Below the pieces are notes generated by a model, which saw nothing but the letters and a program-made list of their open reading frames with translations, was not told where the DNA came from and did not search any database. Below are positions 28,635-36,996 of a stretch of DNA of 43,805 bases, piece by piece (position 1 is the stretch's first letter; the number at the start of each line of letters is the position of its first letter). A program made the position numbers and the translations under genes. This DNA comes from an uncultured Clostridia bacterium (GTDB taxonomy: Bacteria; Bacillota; Clostridia; Christensenellales; UBA1242), in NCBI GenBank assembly GCA_934746185.1, contig CAKVEY010000001.1, positions 1 to 43,805 on the forward strand. Direction: 5' to 3'.

Positions 28635-28663
28635 ATTCTACTCCATTCAAACTACTTTGTCAA
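28635..28663 (-). promoter_or_regulatory. Sigma-A promoter of the ctsR operon
   Basis: Minus strand reads TTGACA (28663-28658), a 17-nt spacer, then TAGAAT (28640-28635). Confidence 0.75.
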
Positions 28664-28766
28664 CAGTTTTTTTAATATTTTTTAAATTTTTTTTATTTTT
28701 TATTTTTGAATATTAAAAATAGGATTTTAATCAAATTTAGAACTCTATTTTTATAAGTTTAACCTT

Positions 28767-28896
28767 AACTTGCAATAAAACTAGCAACTTCACTTTTTTG
28801 CGAAGCAAAACTTAACTTGCTCGTTAAAACAAACTTAACTTTTTATAAAAATTAAACTTCTGTGCTTTCAACAAAACTTCACACTTATAAAAACTT
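28767..28896 (+). repeat. Strand-biased array of nine AACTT pentamers at roughly 18-23 nt phasing
   Basis: AACTT starts at 28767, 28786, 28809, 28814, 28832, 28837, 28855, 28875 and 28892, all on the plus strand. The array lies in the intergenic region between the gpr stop and the ctsR promoter. Confidence 0.7.
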
Positions 28897-28902
28897 AAAA
28901 GT

Positions 28903-29787
28903 CTAATTCATATAATCTAATATTTCATTAAAACTCATTTTATTATGAATTGCCATATTTATGCTTGTAGCAACAATTTGTGCCGAATTTTTAACTAAAA
29001 TATCTATTTCTTTATTAGTTACAATTAAACTATCTAATTCCTTTATATCTTTATCAAAATAATCGTTTAACAAATTATTCGCAGTTATTACTAACGGAAC
29101 ACCTATTGATATAACTGGAACTTTCAAGGTACTTTCGTCTAAAACTTTTCGAGCGTTTTCCACTCCACTACCCGGAACTAATCCGTTATTACTTACCTGA
29201 AAACATTTACCTATATAATTATAACTTTTAGATAAAATACTATCAATTAAAATTATAATGTCAGGGTTCACATTTGTTACAACACCTTTAACAATGTCGT
29301 AAGTTTCTATTCCAGTTAATCCTAAAACGCTAGGAGTTAAAGCACAAACTGTTTTTAGTCTTTTGTCTAAAATATTTGGATTATTAATTTTTGCGTGCCT
29401 TGTAATTATTATTTGATTAGTAACAAGTGGACCAATACTATCACTTACATAGTTTTTATTGCCTATTCCTACAACTAAAAAAGTTTCGGCCTTTTTATTT
29501 ATTTTTAAAATATAGTCTTTTATAATTTCGCTTAAAACTTCAATACAATAGTTTTTAACATCACTATCGTAAGGATTTAATTTTTCAGTGTAAATAGAAG
29601 TGTAACTACCTATATCACGATTAAATAATTTAACACCTTTGTCATTCAAAATTTCGATATGCGTTTTTAATAAGTCAAACTTACCTAAAAAAGTTTGTTT
29701 TTTATAGCCTTCTAACGATTTCGATTTAACATTTTGTGAAATTTCAAATAATAAGTCCGAAAAATTTTCCATAAAAAAATTATTCAC
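28903..29787 (-). CDS. gpr: Germination protease GPR (peptidase A25)
   Basis: VVGIGNKNYVSDSIGP, LGLTGIETYDIVKGV and VPGSGVEN..K match Bacillus GPR blocks (GLGNWNVTPDALGP, MGITGIETSDIIKGV, HPGSGVGNKR). It is divergent from rpsT, as in B. subtilis. The start is ambiguous (GTG 29787 or ATG 29772) and neither has an SD. Confidence 0.8.
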   Translation of the reverse strand: MNNFFMENFSDLLFEISQNVKSKSLEGYKKQTFLGKFDLLKTHIEILNDKGVKLFNRDIGSYTSIYTEKLNPYDSDVKNYCIEVLSEIIKDYILKINKKAETFLVVGIGNKNYVSDSIGPLVTNQIIITRHAKINNPNILDKRLKTVCALTPSVLGLTGIETYDIVKGVVTNVNPDIIILIDSILSKSYNYIGKCFQVSNNGLVPGSGVENARKVLDESTLKVPVISIGVPLVITANNLLNDYFDKDIKELDSLIVTNKEIDILVKNSAQIVATSINMAIHNKMSFNEILDYMN

Positions 29788-29816
29788 AAAATTTTTATAA
29801 AAAAACCAAAAAATTC

Positions 29817-29845
29817 TTGATTTTTTATTTTTATTATGATATATT
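29817..29845 (+). promoter_or_regulatory. Promoter of rpsT
   Basis: TTGATT (29817-29822), a 17-nt spacer, then TATATT (29840-29845), with a TG two bases upstream of the -10 (extended -10). Confidence 0.55.
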
Positions 29846-29885
29846 ATATAAAGTTTTTACAAAAATTTGAAAAAAGGGGTACATT

Positions 29886-30146
29886 ATGCCAAATATTAAA
29901 TCAGCAATAAAAAGAGTAAGCGTTAATAAAACTAAACAAGAAAATAACAGAGTTCAAAAAAGTGAACTAGCAACATATATTAAAAAATTCCGTGCTTTAT
30001 GTGCTAGCGATGTTGAAAAAGCAAAAGCAGAATACTCTAATGTAGTTTCAGTTATCGACAGTGCTTGCAGTAAAGGTATTATTGATAAAAATAACGCAGA
30101 TAGAAAAAAAGCAAGACTTGCTCTTTTATTAAACAAAAGTTTATAA
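29886..30146 (+). CDS. rpsT: 30S ribosomal protein S20
   Basis: 86 aa. MPNIKSAIKRV...N....K... is the canonical S20 N-terminus. SD is AAGGGG. Confidence 0.95.
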   Translation: MPNIKSAIKRVSVNKTKQENNRVQKSELATYIKKFRALCASDVEKAKAEYSNVVSVIDSACSKGIIDKNNADRKKARLALLLNKSL

Positions 30147-30151
30147 TAACA

Positions 30152-30185
30152 AAAAAAATACTCACCTACTATGGTGAGTTTTTTA
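30152..30185 (+). terminator. Rho-independent terminator of rpsT
   Basis: actcacc-tactat-ggtgagt followed by TTTTT. Confidence 0.7.
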
Positions 30186-31397
30186 TATCAATTTTTTAAT
30201 TATACTATTACATAAAGTTTCTAATTTATTATAATCTTTATTTTCAACAAAATGAAAATTATTGTAAATAAGTTCCCCATTAATAATAACCGATTTAATA
30301 TCTCGATTATCTAAATTTTTTATAAAAGAATTAACGCTCATTATATTGTTATAGTTTATTAATATTAAATTTGCAAAATTATCAGTCTTAATTTCGCCCA
30401 TATTTTTTAACCCTAAAATTTTTGCGTTATTTAAAACGGCTAAATTAAGTAAGGTTTCATCATTAAAAATTTCCATAGTATTATAACTATCTTTTTCTAA
30501 ATTCCTTGCTAAAAATAATTCTAAAATATAGTCGTTATTAAAAGAAGATAATCCAACTAAATTTTGTTTATTTAGTGCATAAATATTCGCATTTTTATAT
30601 GATAAATTTAAGTTCAAACTAGGCGAAAAGATAAGTTTTGAGTTATATTCGCTTAAAATTTGATATTCGTCTTTTTCTAAAACATTGCTATTATTTATAA
30701 TGTTATCACCATCTAAAAAGCCTAATTTTTCTAGCATTATTAAATTATTATAATTAAACTCTTTAAAAATTTCGCCAGCAGTAAATAAATTTTCACTACC
30801 ATTAATTAGTAGTGGCTTATTGTATTTTCGAGAATATTTTATCATATTATTAAAATTATTTTCAGTGTTAAACAAAACACTATTTAAACTAAAAATAAAA
30901 TTTTCACCACTATTATTTAGTTTATTAATTAAACTTTCTTCTAACTCGCTTTGGCTATTTATTAACCCCAATTTATATACAAAATTTAATTTCGTTTCAA
31001 TAACTGCTTTTTTAAGTGGTAGATTAAATAAATCTTCATCACAAATTGTTACTACCCCATTTTTTATTGCATTTAACATTTGATATTTATAAATGTAATA
31101 CTTTTCTTCATCAGTTAAATTCTTTTTAAATTTTTCATAATTTTCTTCAAAGTTTTCTAAACTATTTTCTTTAAAAAATTTATAATAAAAGTTTTTTAAC
31201 AAATAACTTTGACTATTTATAAAACCATATAAAATAATACTTCCGTTGCAATCTATTATGTTTTTATCTTCAATAATAGGTAATTTATCGTTAATATCTA
31301 ATATTTTAACGATTTTTTTATTATCTATTAAAATATTTACATCTTTAAATATGTTATTTTTAAAATCAATTATTTTCCCATTTTTTAATAATTTCAT
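30183..31397 (-). CDS. Amidohydrolase-fold protein with degenerate metal-binding motifs
   Basis: 404 aa. The N-terminal beta-sandwich pattern (LLKNGKIID...ILI.N.KIV.I...IIDC.GSIILYGFIN) is that of amidohydrolases. The HxH motif reads SQS (GFINSQSY), and the later His and Asp positions are also replaced. Confidence 0.6.
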   Translation of the reverse strand: MKLLKNGKIIDFKNNIFKDVNILIDNKKIVKILDINDKLPIIEDKNIIDCNGSIILYGFINSQSYLLKNFYYKFFKENSLENFEENYEKFKKNLTDEEKYYIYKYQMLNAIKNGVVTICDEDLFNLPLKKAVIETKLNFVYKLGLINSQSELEESLINKLNNSGENFIFSLNSVLFNTENNFNNMIKYSRKYNKPLLINGSENLFTAGEIFKEFNYNNLIMLEKLGFLDGDNIINNSNVLEKDEYQILSEYNSKLIFSPSLNLNLSYKNANIYALNKQNLVGLSSFNNDYILELFLARNLEKDSYNTMEIFNDETLLNLAVLNNAKILGLKNMGEIKTDNFANLILINYNNIMSVNSFIKNLDNRDIKSVIINGELIYNNFHFVENKDYNKLETLCNSIIKKLI

Positions 31398-31954
31398 TTT
31401 ATCCCCATTAATTTATATATTTTTTCGTTTTGTAAAACTCGTTTTAAATAATTTGTAGTTTCTTTAAATGGCGTTTCATAAAGTCCATTATTTAAAGTTA
31501 ATTCATTGTTGTTTATCCAACTTTTTACTTTATTTAAACCAGCATTATAACTCATTAACACTAATTGTTTATCATTAAAAATTTCAAACAAATAATTCAA
31601 ATAATTTATTCCTAATTTTATATTTATCTCTTCATTATACAAATCATAAACACTTATATCAAAATTAAGTTTATTAGCCATTTCTTTTGCTGTTGAATAT
31701 TTTAACTGCATAAGTCCATAAGCGTCGCTATTACTTAAAGCAAACTTATTAAAATTACTTTCAGCTTTTATAACAGATAAAACCAAAGTAGTGTTTAACT
31801 CATTACTATTTAACTTTATAGAAAGTAAATTCTCTTTAATTATATTTTTATATGTTGTTTTAAATGTTATTTTTAGTAGTATAAAAGGCAAAAATATAAC
31901 GCTTAAAACAAATATTATAACAATTATAATTATTACAAAATTTTTTAATCGCAT
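31394..31954 (-). CDS. Lytic transglycosylase (SLT domain) with an N-terminal membrane anchor
   Basis: 186 aa. TM helix, then VIKAESNFN...SNSDAYGLMQL and SYNAG motifs. It overlaps the downstream gene by 4 nt. Confidence 0.8.
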   Translation of the reverse strand: MRLKNFVIIIIVIIFVLSVIFLPFILLKITFKTTYKNIIKENLLSIKLNSNELNTTLVLSVIKAESNFNKFALSNSDAYGLMQLKYSTAKEMANKLNFDISVYDLYNEEINIKLGINYLNYLFEIFNDKQLVLMSYNAGLNKVKSWINNNELTLNNGLYETPFKETTNYLKRVLQNEKIYKLMGIK

Positions 31955-32016
31955 AATTTATTTTATGCAATTTACACAATTTTTATTTTTGTATAATTAT
32001 TCATTTTATTGCATAA

Positions 32017-34569
32017 TTATTTTGCGTCGAATAGATTATCACCTACACTAACATTTACAATTAAAGGAACGTTTAATTTTACTACATTTTCCATTTTGTC
32101 TTTCAAAATATTTGTTACAATATTTACTTCATCTTCCGTGCAGTCAACAATAAGCTCGTCGTGTATTTGCAAAATTAATTTGCTTTTTAAATTTAATTTT
32201 TTAAACTCTTCACAAACATTTATCATAGCAAGTTTAATAATATCACTTGCCGTTCCTTGAAGAGGCATATTTAACGCAACGCGCTCACCGAATTGTTTTA
32301 AGTTGTAGTTATTAGAATTTAATTCATCTATCATTCTTCGTCTATTATATAGTGTTTTTACATAACCATTCGTTTTTGCAAATTCAATAGAATTTTCTAA
32401 ATAAGTTTTAACTAAAGGATAAGTTTCAAAATATTTATCAATAAATAATTTTGCTTCTTTTCTGGTTGAATGTATTGACTGGCTCAAACCATAGTCGCTA
32501 ATTCCATAAACTATTCCAAAGTTTACTGCCTTTGCCTTTCGTCGCATTTCACTATTTACAAAATCTATTGGCACATTAAATATTTCGCTAGCCGTTATTG
32601 AATGAATATCTAAGTTTTGTTTAAAAGAATTCATAAGTTTTTCGTCTTGTGAAAAATGTGCAAGAAGTCTTAATTCTATTTGAGAATAATCGGCACTAAT
32701 TATTTTTCCGTTATTAAATCTTGAAATAAAAATTTTTCTAAGTCCCCTGCCTTCGTCTGTTCTTATAGGTATATTTTGTAAATTTGGTTCAGTTGACGAA
32801 AGTCTTCCTGTATTTGTTAAAGTTTGATTAAAAATTGTATGCACTAAATGTGTGTTTTTATCCATTTTGTCTAAATAACTTTCTACATAAGTACTATTTA
32901 ATTTATATATTTTTCTATATCTTATTATTAATTCTATTATAGGGTGAACATTGTATAATTTTTCTAAAACTTCAATTCCCGTAGAACCTTTGCTTTTATT
33001 TGGCAAACCTAATTTATCAAATAATATAACTGCTAATTGTTTAGGTGAATTTATGTTAAATTTTTCGCCTGCAAGTGTAAATATTTGTTCGGTTAAAAGT
33101 TGTAGTTCACTGTTATAATTTTCGTTTAATTCTTTTAATGCTATTTCATCTAGTTTAAAGCCATATTCTTCCATTGTATATAAAACTTTAATTAGTGGTT
33201 CTTCTATATTATTAAATAAATAATTCATATCAAAATCATTTATTTTATTTGCTAATTCACTTTTAGCAAAATATAACACGCTCGCTTTGCTACTTTCATC
33301 GTAATTTAATTCTAAACAAAGTTCGCTAATATTTTTACTATGTTTTCTTCCACTTTTTGTTAAATAATCAGCAAGTAAAACATCAAAACATTTTCCTTTA
33401 ACAGAAATATTATATTCTTTTAAAAAATGTAACATATTTTTTTCATCAAAAACTATTTTTTCAATAGTTTCATCTTCTAAAACATTTTTTAATTTTAAAA
33501 TTGCATCATTATAACTAAATCCTTCAAAGTCGAGCAAATTATTTTTAATTTGAATTACATTTTCTTGATATTTACTTACAGAAATATGAATATCTTTATC
33601 AAAAACAATTGAAAAATTACGGGTATTTTTAATTGTTTCAAGTAGAGTTTCAAACTCTTCACTTGTTTTTATTATGTTAATAGTAGCAATCTTTTTCTCT
33701 TCCACTTTTACTTCATTTTCAAATAAATTAGGTTTATTTAATAAACTTTTAAACTCATAATGACGAAAAAAGTCTGCAACTTTACTATCAAATGGAAATT
33801 TATATTTTGTTTCAGTTAAACTTAAATTAATATCAACATTCGTATCTATTGTTGCAAGCGTTTTAGATAAAAAGCACATATCTTTGCCGTTTTCTAATTT
33901 TTCTTTTAATTTGCCCGAAATTTCATCTATATGATTATATAAGTTTTCAACATTCTCATAAGTAGTAAGCAAATTAATTGCAGTTTTTTCTCCTATTCCT
34001 TTAACGCCCGGAATATTATCGGAACTATCGCCCATTAACGCTTTTAAATCAATCACTTGAAGTGGTCTTAAATTATATTTTTCTTTTAAAGCCGTTTCAT
34101 CAAGTTTTTCAATTTCAGTAATACCTTTTTTAGTTAGCCAAACTTCTGTGTTATTAGAAATTAACTGCAAACTATCTCTATCACCAGTAATAATGTAGTT
34201 TTTTGTATTAAACTTTTTAGAAAGTGTGCCTATTAAATCATCTGCTTCAACGCCTTCTTTTTCTAAAATTTTAATTCCCATTAAACTTAACATATTTTTA
34301 AGTATAGGCATTTGTTTTTGAAGTTCTTCTGGCATACCTTTTCTAGTACCTTTATAGTCTGCATACAAAATATGCCTAAAAGTTGGTGCTTTTAAATCGA
34401 ACGTTACAAGCAAATTATCAACTTTATTTTCTGTAATAAGTTTTGTTAAAATATTGCAAAATCCATAAACAGCGTTAGAATATTCACCTTGCGAATTTGT
34501 TAAAAGTGGTAAAGCATAAAACGCTCTATTAATTAAACTATTCCCATCAATAATAAAAAAATTTTCCAT
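32017..34569 (-). CDS. polA: DNA polymerase I
   Basis: 850 aa. Has a 5'-3' exonuclease domain (IDGNSLINRAFYA, GDSSDNIPGVKGIGEKTA) and polymerase motifs A (DYSQIELR), B (RRKAKAVNFGIVYG) and C (QIHDEL). Confidence 0.95.
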   Translation of the reverse strand: MENFFIIDGNSLINRAFYALPLLTNSQGEYSNAVYGFCNILTKLITENKVDNLLVTFDLKAPTFRHILYADYKGTRKGMPEELQKQMPILKNMLSLMGIKILEKEGVEADDLIGTLSKKFNTKNYIITGDRDSLQLISNNTEVWLTKKGITEIEKLDETALKEKYNLRPLQVIDLKALMGDSSDNIPGVKGIGEKTAINLLTTYENVENLYNHIDEISGKLKEKLENGKDMCFLSKTLATIDTNVDINLSLTETKYKFPFDSKVADFFRHYEFKSLLNKPNLFENEVKVEEKKIATINIIKTSEEFETLLETIKNTRNFSIVFDKDIHISVSKYQENVIQIKNNLLDFEGFSYNDAILKLKNVLEDETIEKIVFDEKNMLHFLKEYNISVKGKCFDVLLADYLTKSGRKHSKNISELCLELNYDESSKASVLYFAKSELANKINDFDMNYLFNNIEEPLIKVLYTMEEYGFKLDEIALKELNENYNSELQLLTEQIFTLAGEKFNINSPKQLAVILFDKLGLPNKSKGSTGIEVLEKLYNVHPIIELIIRYRKIYKLNSTYVESYLDKMDKNTHLVHTIFNQTLTNTGRLSSTEPNLQNIPIRTDEGRGLRKIFISRFNNGKIISADYSQIELRLLAHFSQDEKLMNSFKQNLDIHSITASEIFNVPIDFVNSEMRRKAKAVNFGIVYGISDYGLSQSIHSTRKEAKLFIDKYFETYPLVKTYLENSIEFAKTNGYVKTLYNRRRMIDELNSNNYNLKQFGERVALNMPLQGTASDIIKLAMINVCEEFKKLNLKSKLILQIHDELIVDCTEDEVNIVTNILKDKMENVVKLNVPLIVNVSVGDNLFDAK

Positions 34570-34618
34570 ATAGATATTATAACCTATTTTGGAAAATTTT
34601 TCTACTAAAATTAACCTA

Positions 34619-34888
34619 TTAACTAAATAAACCAGTAATTAAACTAGGGTTGACAAATAATATAATTAACAATATTAAAACTACAACAAATAATATTAAA
34701 AACACACTCATTGCTTTTGCTAATAAATTGTTAAATGCAAACAAACTTAAAAGTATTATTGCACCATAACTTATAACAAACTTGCCAAATTCAGCAAGTG
34801 GTGGCACGCCCTTAATTAAAGCCCATATATAAAACACAAAATAGCAAATTGTAGCTAGCGATAAAATAATGTTGAAAAGTTTTTTCAT
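34619..34888 (-). CDS. Small membrane protein (three hydrophobic segments)
   Basis: 89 aa, almost entirely hydrophobic helices. I recognise no family. Confidence 0.5.
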   Translation of the reverse strand: MKKLFNIILSLATICYFVFYIWALIKGVPPLAEFGKFVISYGAIILLSLFAFNNLLAKAMSVFLILFVVVLILLIILFVNPSLITGLFS

Positions 34889-34956
34889 ATTTTTATTATA
34901 TTAAAATTCGACAAAAAAAGCAATAATAAAATCTCATTTCTTTTTTAAAAAATAAA

Positions 34957-35817
34957 TTATATTTTTGAAATGATATACTTTAAAATTTCTTTACCAACAT
35001 TTTTTCCCGTACATTTATAAATATTTACTAATTGTGCATTTGAGTTTACTTCACAAACTAATGGACCATTTTTTGATTGCAAAATGTCAACGCCACAAAA
35101 ATCACAACCCAAGCTCTTACTAGATTTTATTGCAAGTTCTTTCTCTTTTTCCGTTGGAGTGTATTTTTCCATACTTCCATTATTAGAAATATTTGCACGA
35201 AAATCATTTGCTTTTGCTTTTCTTTTCATCGTTGCAACAACCTTATCGCCTACAACATTTAATCTTATATCTTCATTACCACATTCAATATATTCTTGAA
35301 ATAGTAGTTCTTTCCCCTGTTTTTTATCTATAATTTCTTGAATTTCTTCTTTGCTAGACAATTTATAAACTTGTTGTCCCCACGAACCGAACCATTCTTT
35401 ACAAATTAAAGGCAATTTAAGGTATTCTACTAAATTATCAATATAATCTTTATAATAATCTTTATTATAATAAAAAGTCATCGGTATAACACAAGTTTTA
35501 GGTCTTGGGAGATTCGCTTTATTTAAGCACATTTCAGTCAACGCTTTACTATCACAATTTAATATTGCGTTACTAGAATTAAAAAGTTTATAGCCTAATA
35601 TTTCAAGTTTTTTTGCTAATATTATATCTTTATTATAAAATAAAACAGCATCATATTTTTCTAATTTATTATTTAATAATAAGTTATTAACTTCAAAATT
35701 AGTTTTTATAATAAGTTTACAATTCAATTCTTCTGCCGAATTAAGAAGTAGTGCATTTTGCTCCACAAATTTTTCTTGATTTAAACTTTTATTACCTATT
35801 AATAAAATTTTTTTCAT
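34957..35817 (-). CDS. RimK-type ATP-grasp ligase
   Basis: 286 aa. ATP-grasp layout (PRPKT......PLICKEWFGSWGQQVY...FQEYI..G.EDIRLNVVGDKVV...RK......FRANIS.GG......CGVDIL....GPLVCEVNSNAQ). Confidence 0.7.
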   Translation of the reverse strand: MKKILLIGNKSLNQEKFVEQNALLLNSAEELNCKLIIKTNFEVNNLLLNNKLEKYDAVLFYNKDIILAKKLEILGYKLFNSSNAILNCDSKALTEMCLNKANLPRPKTCVIPMTFYYNKDYYKDYIDNLVEYLKLPLICKEWFGSWGQQVYKLSSKEEIQEIIDKKQGKELLFQEYIECGNEDIRLNVVGDKVVATMKRKAKANDFRANISNNGSMEKYTPTEKEKELAIKSSKSLGCDFCGVDILQSKNGPLVCEVNSNAQLVNIYKCTGKNVGKEILKYIISKI

Positions 35818-36018
35818 TAATTTTATCTCCTAAAATTCAATATAATTATATCATAAAAAATTAATATTCAAATTTTATTTTATAATTCTTATAAATTTGT
35901 CTTACTATTGTTTTGTTACTATTGAATATTTTTTAAATTTTATTAACTACATTTTTAACAAAATCTATAATAAATTTAAGTTTAAAATAAATAAAATTAA
36001 AAGAAAATTAATTTTATT

Positions 36019-36046
36019 TTGCCTAAATTTTAATTCGTGCTAATAT
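36019..36046 (+). promoter_or_regulatory. Promoter of the SDR gene, with leaderless geometry
   Basis: TTGCCT (36019-36024), a 16-nt spacer, then TAATAT (36041-36046), preceded by TGc (extended -10). Only 6 nt without an SD lie before the ATG at 36053. Confidence 0.45.
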
Positions 36047-36052
36047 ATTTAT

Positions 36053-36922
36053 ATGAGCATAAAAAAATGGATAAACAAGAATTGTAAAAGATTAGATAAT
36101 AAAACAGTTCTAATTACTGGTAGCACTAGTGATTTAGCATCATATTTTACTGAATTTTTACTAGAATTTGGCGCAAACTTAATTTTTGCAAATAGGAATT
36201 TAGATAAAAGTGAAAGACAAAAAGAAAAATTATTAAAAAAATTTCCTAACGCAAAAATCAAAATTTTGCAATTAGATTTGTTTGATATAAATATTGTTAA
36301 AAAATTTACTAATGAAATAAAAAATTATAATGTTGACTACTATATTTTTAATTCAGCAATGTTTAACGAAAAAAGAGAAACATCAAATTGTGGATTTGAC
36401 AATATTTTTCAAGTAAATTTTGTGTCCCCTTACTATATAATAAAACAGTTATTGCCTTTGAATGAAAATTCTAAGATAATTGTTATTGGAAGCATTGCAC
36501 ATAATTTTACGAAAGTAGATTTTAATGATATTCAAATGTTAAAAACTAAAAATCCAAATAAAATTTATGGTAATTCTAAAAGATTTTTAATGTATTCCCT
36601 AACTAAACTTTTTGAAAATTCTCCTAAAAATCTAACAATAGTACACCCCGGAATAACACTTACACGTATGACAAGTCATTATCCAAAATCAATAAACTGG
36701 CTTGTCAAGTTAAATGAAAGAATAATATTTCAAAAGCCGAAAAAAGCATCTTTGTCAGTACTTTTAGGAATTTTTAATAACACTCAAACAAACGAGTGGA
36801 TAGGCCCTAAAATAAATAATATATGGGGTTATCCAAAAGTTCAAAAACTCAAAAATTATAGTGACGAAGAAGCAACACAAATTTTCAATATCGCCGAAGA
36901 AATATATAATAAAATCAAATAA
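36053..36922 (+). CDS. Short-chain dehydrogenase/reductase family protein
   Basis: 289 aa. Rossmann start VLITGSTSDLA, NSAM (NNAG-like), a catalytic YGNSK (YxxxK) and VHPG. Confidence 0.75.
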   Translation: MSIKKWINKNCKRLDNKTVLITGSTSDLASYFTEFLLEFGANLIFANRNLDKSERQKEKLLKKFPNAKIKILQLDLFDINIVKKFTNEIKNYNVDYYIFNSAMFNEKRETSNCGFDNIFQVNFVSPYYIIKQLLPLNENSKIIVIGSIAHNFTKVDFNDIQMLKTKNPNKIYGNSKRFLMYSLTKLFENSPKNLTIVHPGITLTRMTSHYPKSINWLVKLNERIIFQKPKKASLSVLLGIFNNTQTNEWIGPKINNIWGYPKVQKLKNYSDEEATQIFNIAEEIYNKIK

Positions 36923-36964
36923 ACTTAATTAGATTAAATTATAAATTAGTGATATATATTAATA

Positions 36965-36986
36965 AAACCCAAGTGCACTAGGGTTT
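36965..36986. terminator. Hairpin between the convergent SDR and DUF4041 genes
   Basis: aaaccc-aagtgcacta-gggttt. The central agtgcact is itself palindromic. Confidence 0.5.
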
Positions 36987-36996
36987 GAAAACTAAT

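Noticed and set aside
28588-28650. The 5'-extended version of the ctsR ORF (start at 28650).
   Set aside because: The extension would include the CtsR operator and part of the promoter. An AAGGAG SD sits 9 nt before ATG 28587, and CtsR homologues begin at the equivalent of MQNLSDIIE.
29832-29860. A forespore-type (sigma-F/G) promoter for gpr: GTAAA-17-CATAATA on the minus strand.
   Set aside because: The -35 deviates from the consensus and the element overlaps the rpsT promoter. In such AT-rich DNA the match is too weak to report as a feature.
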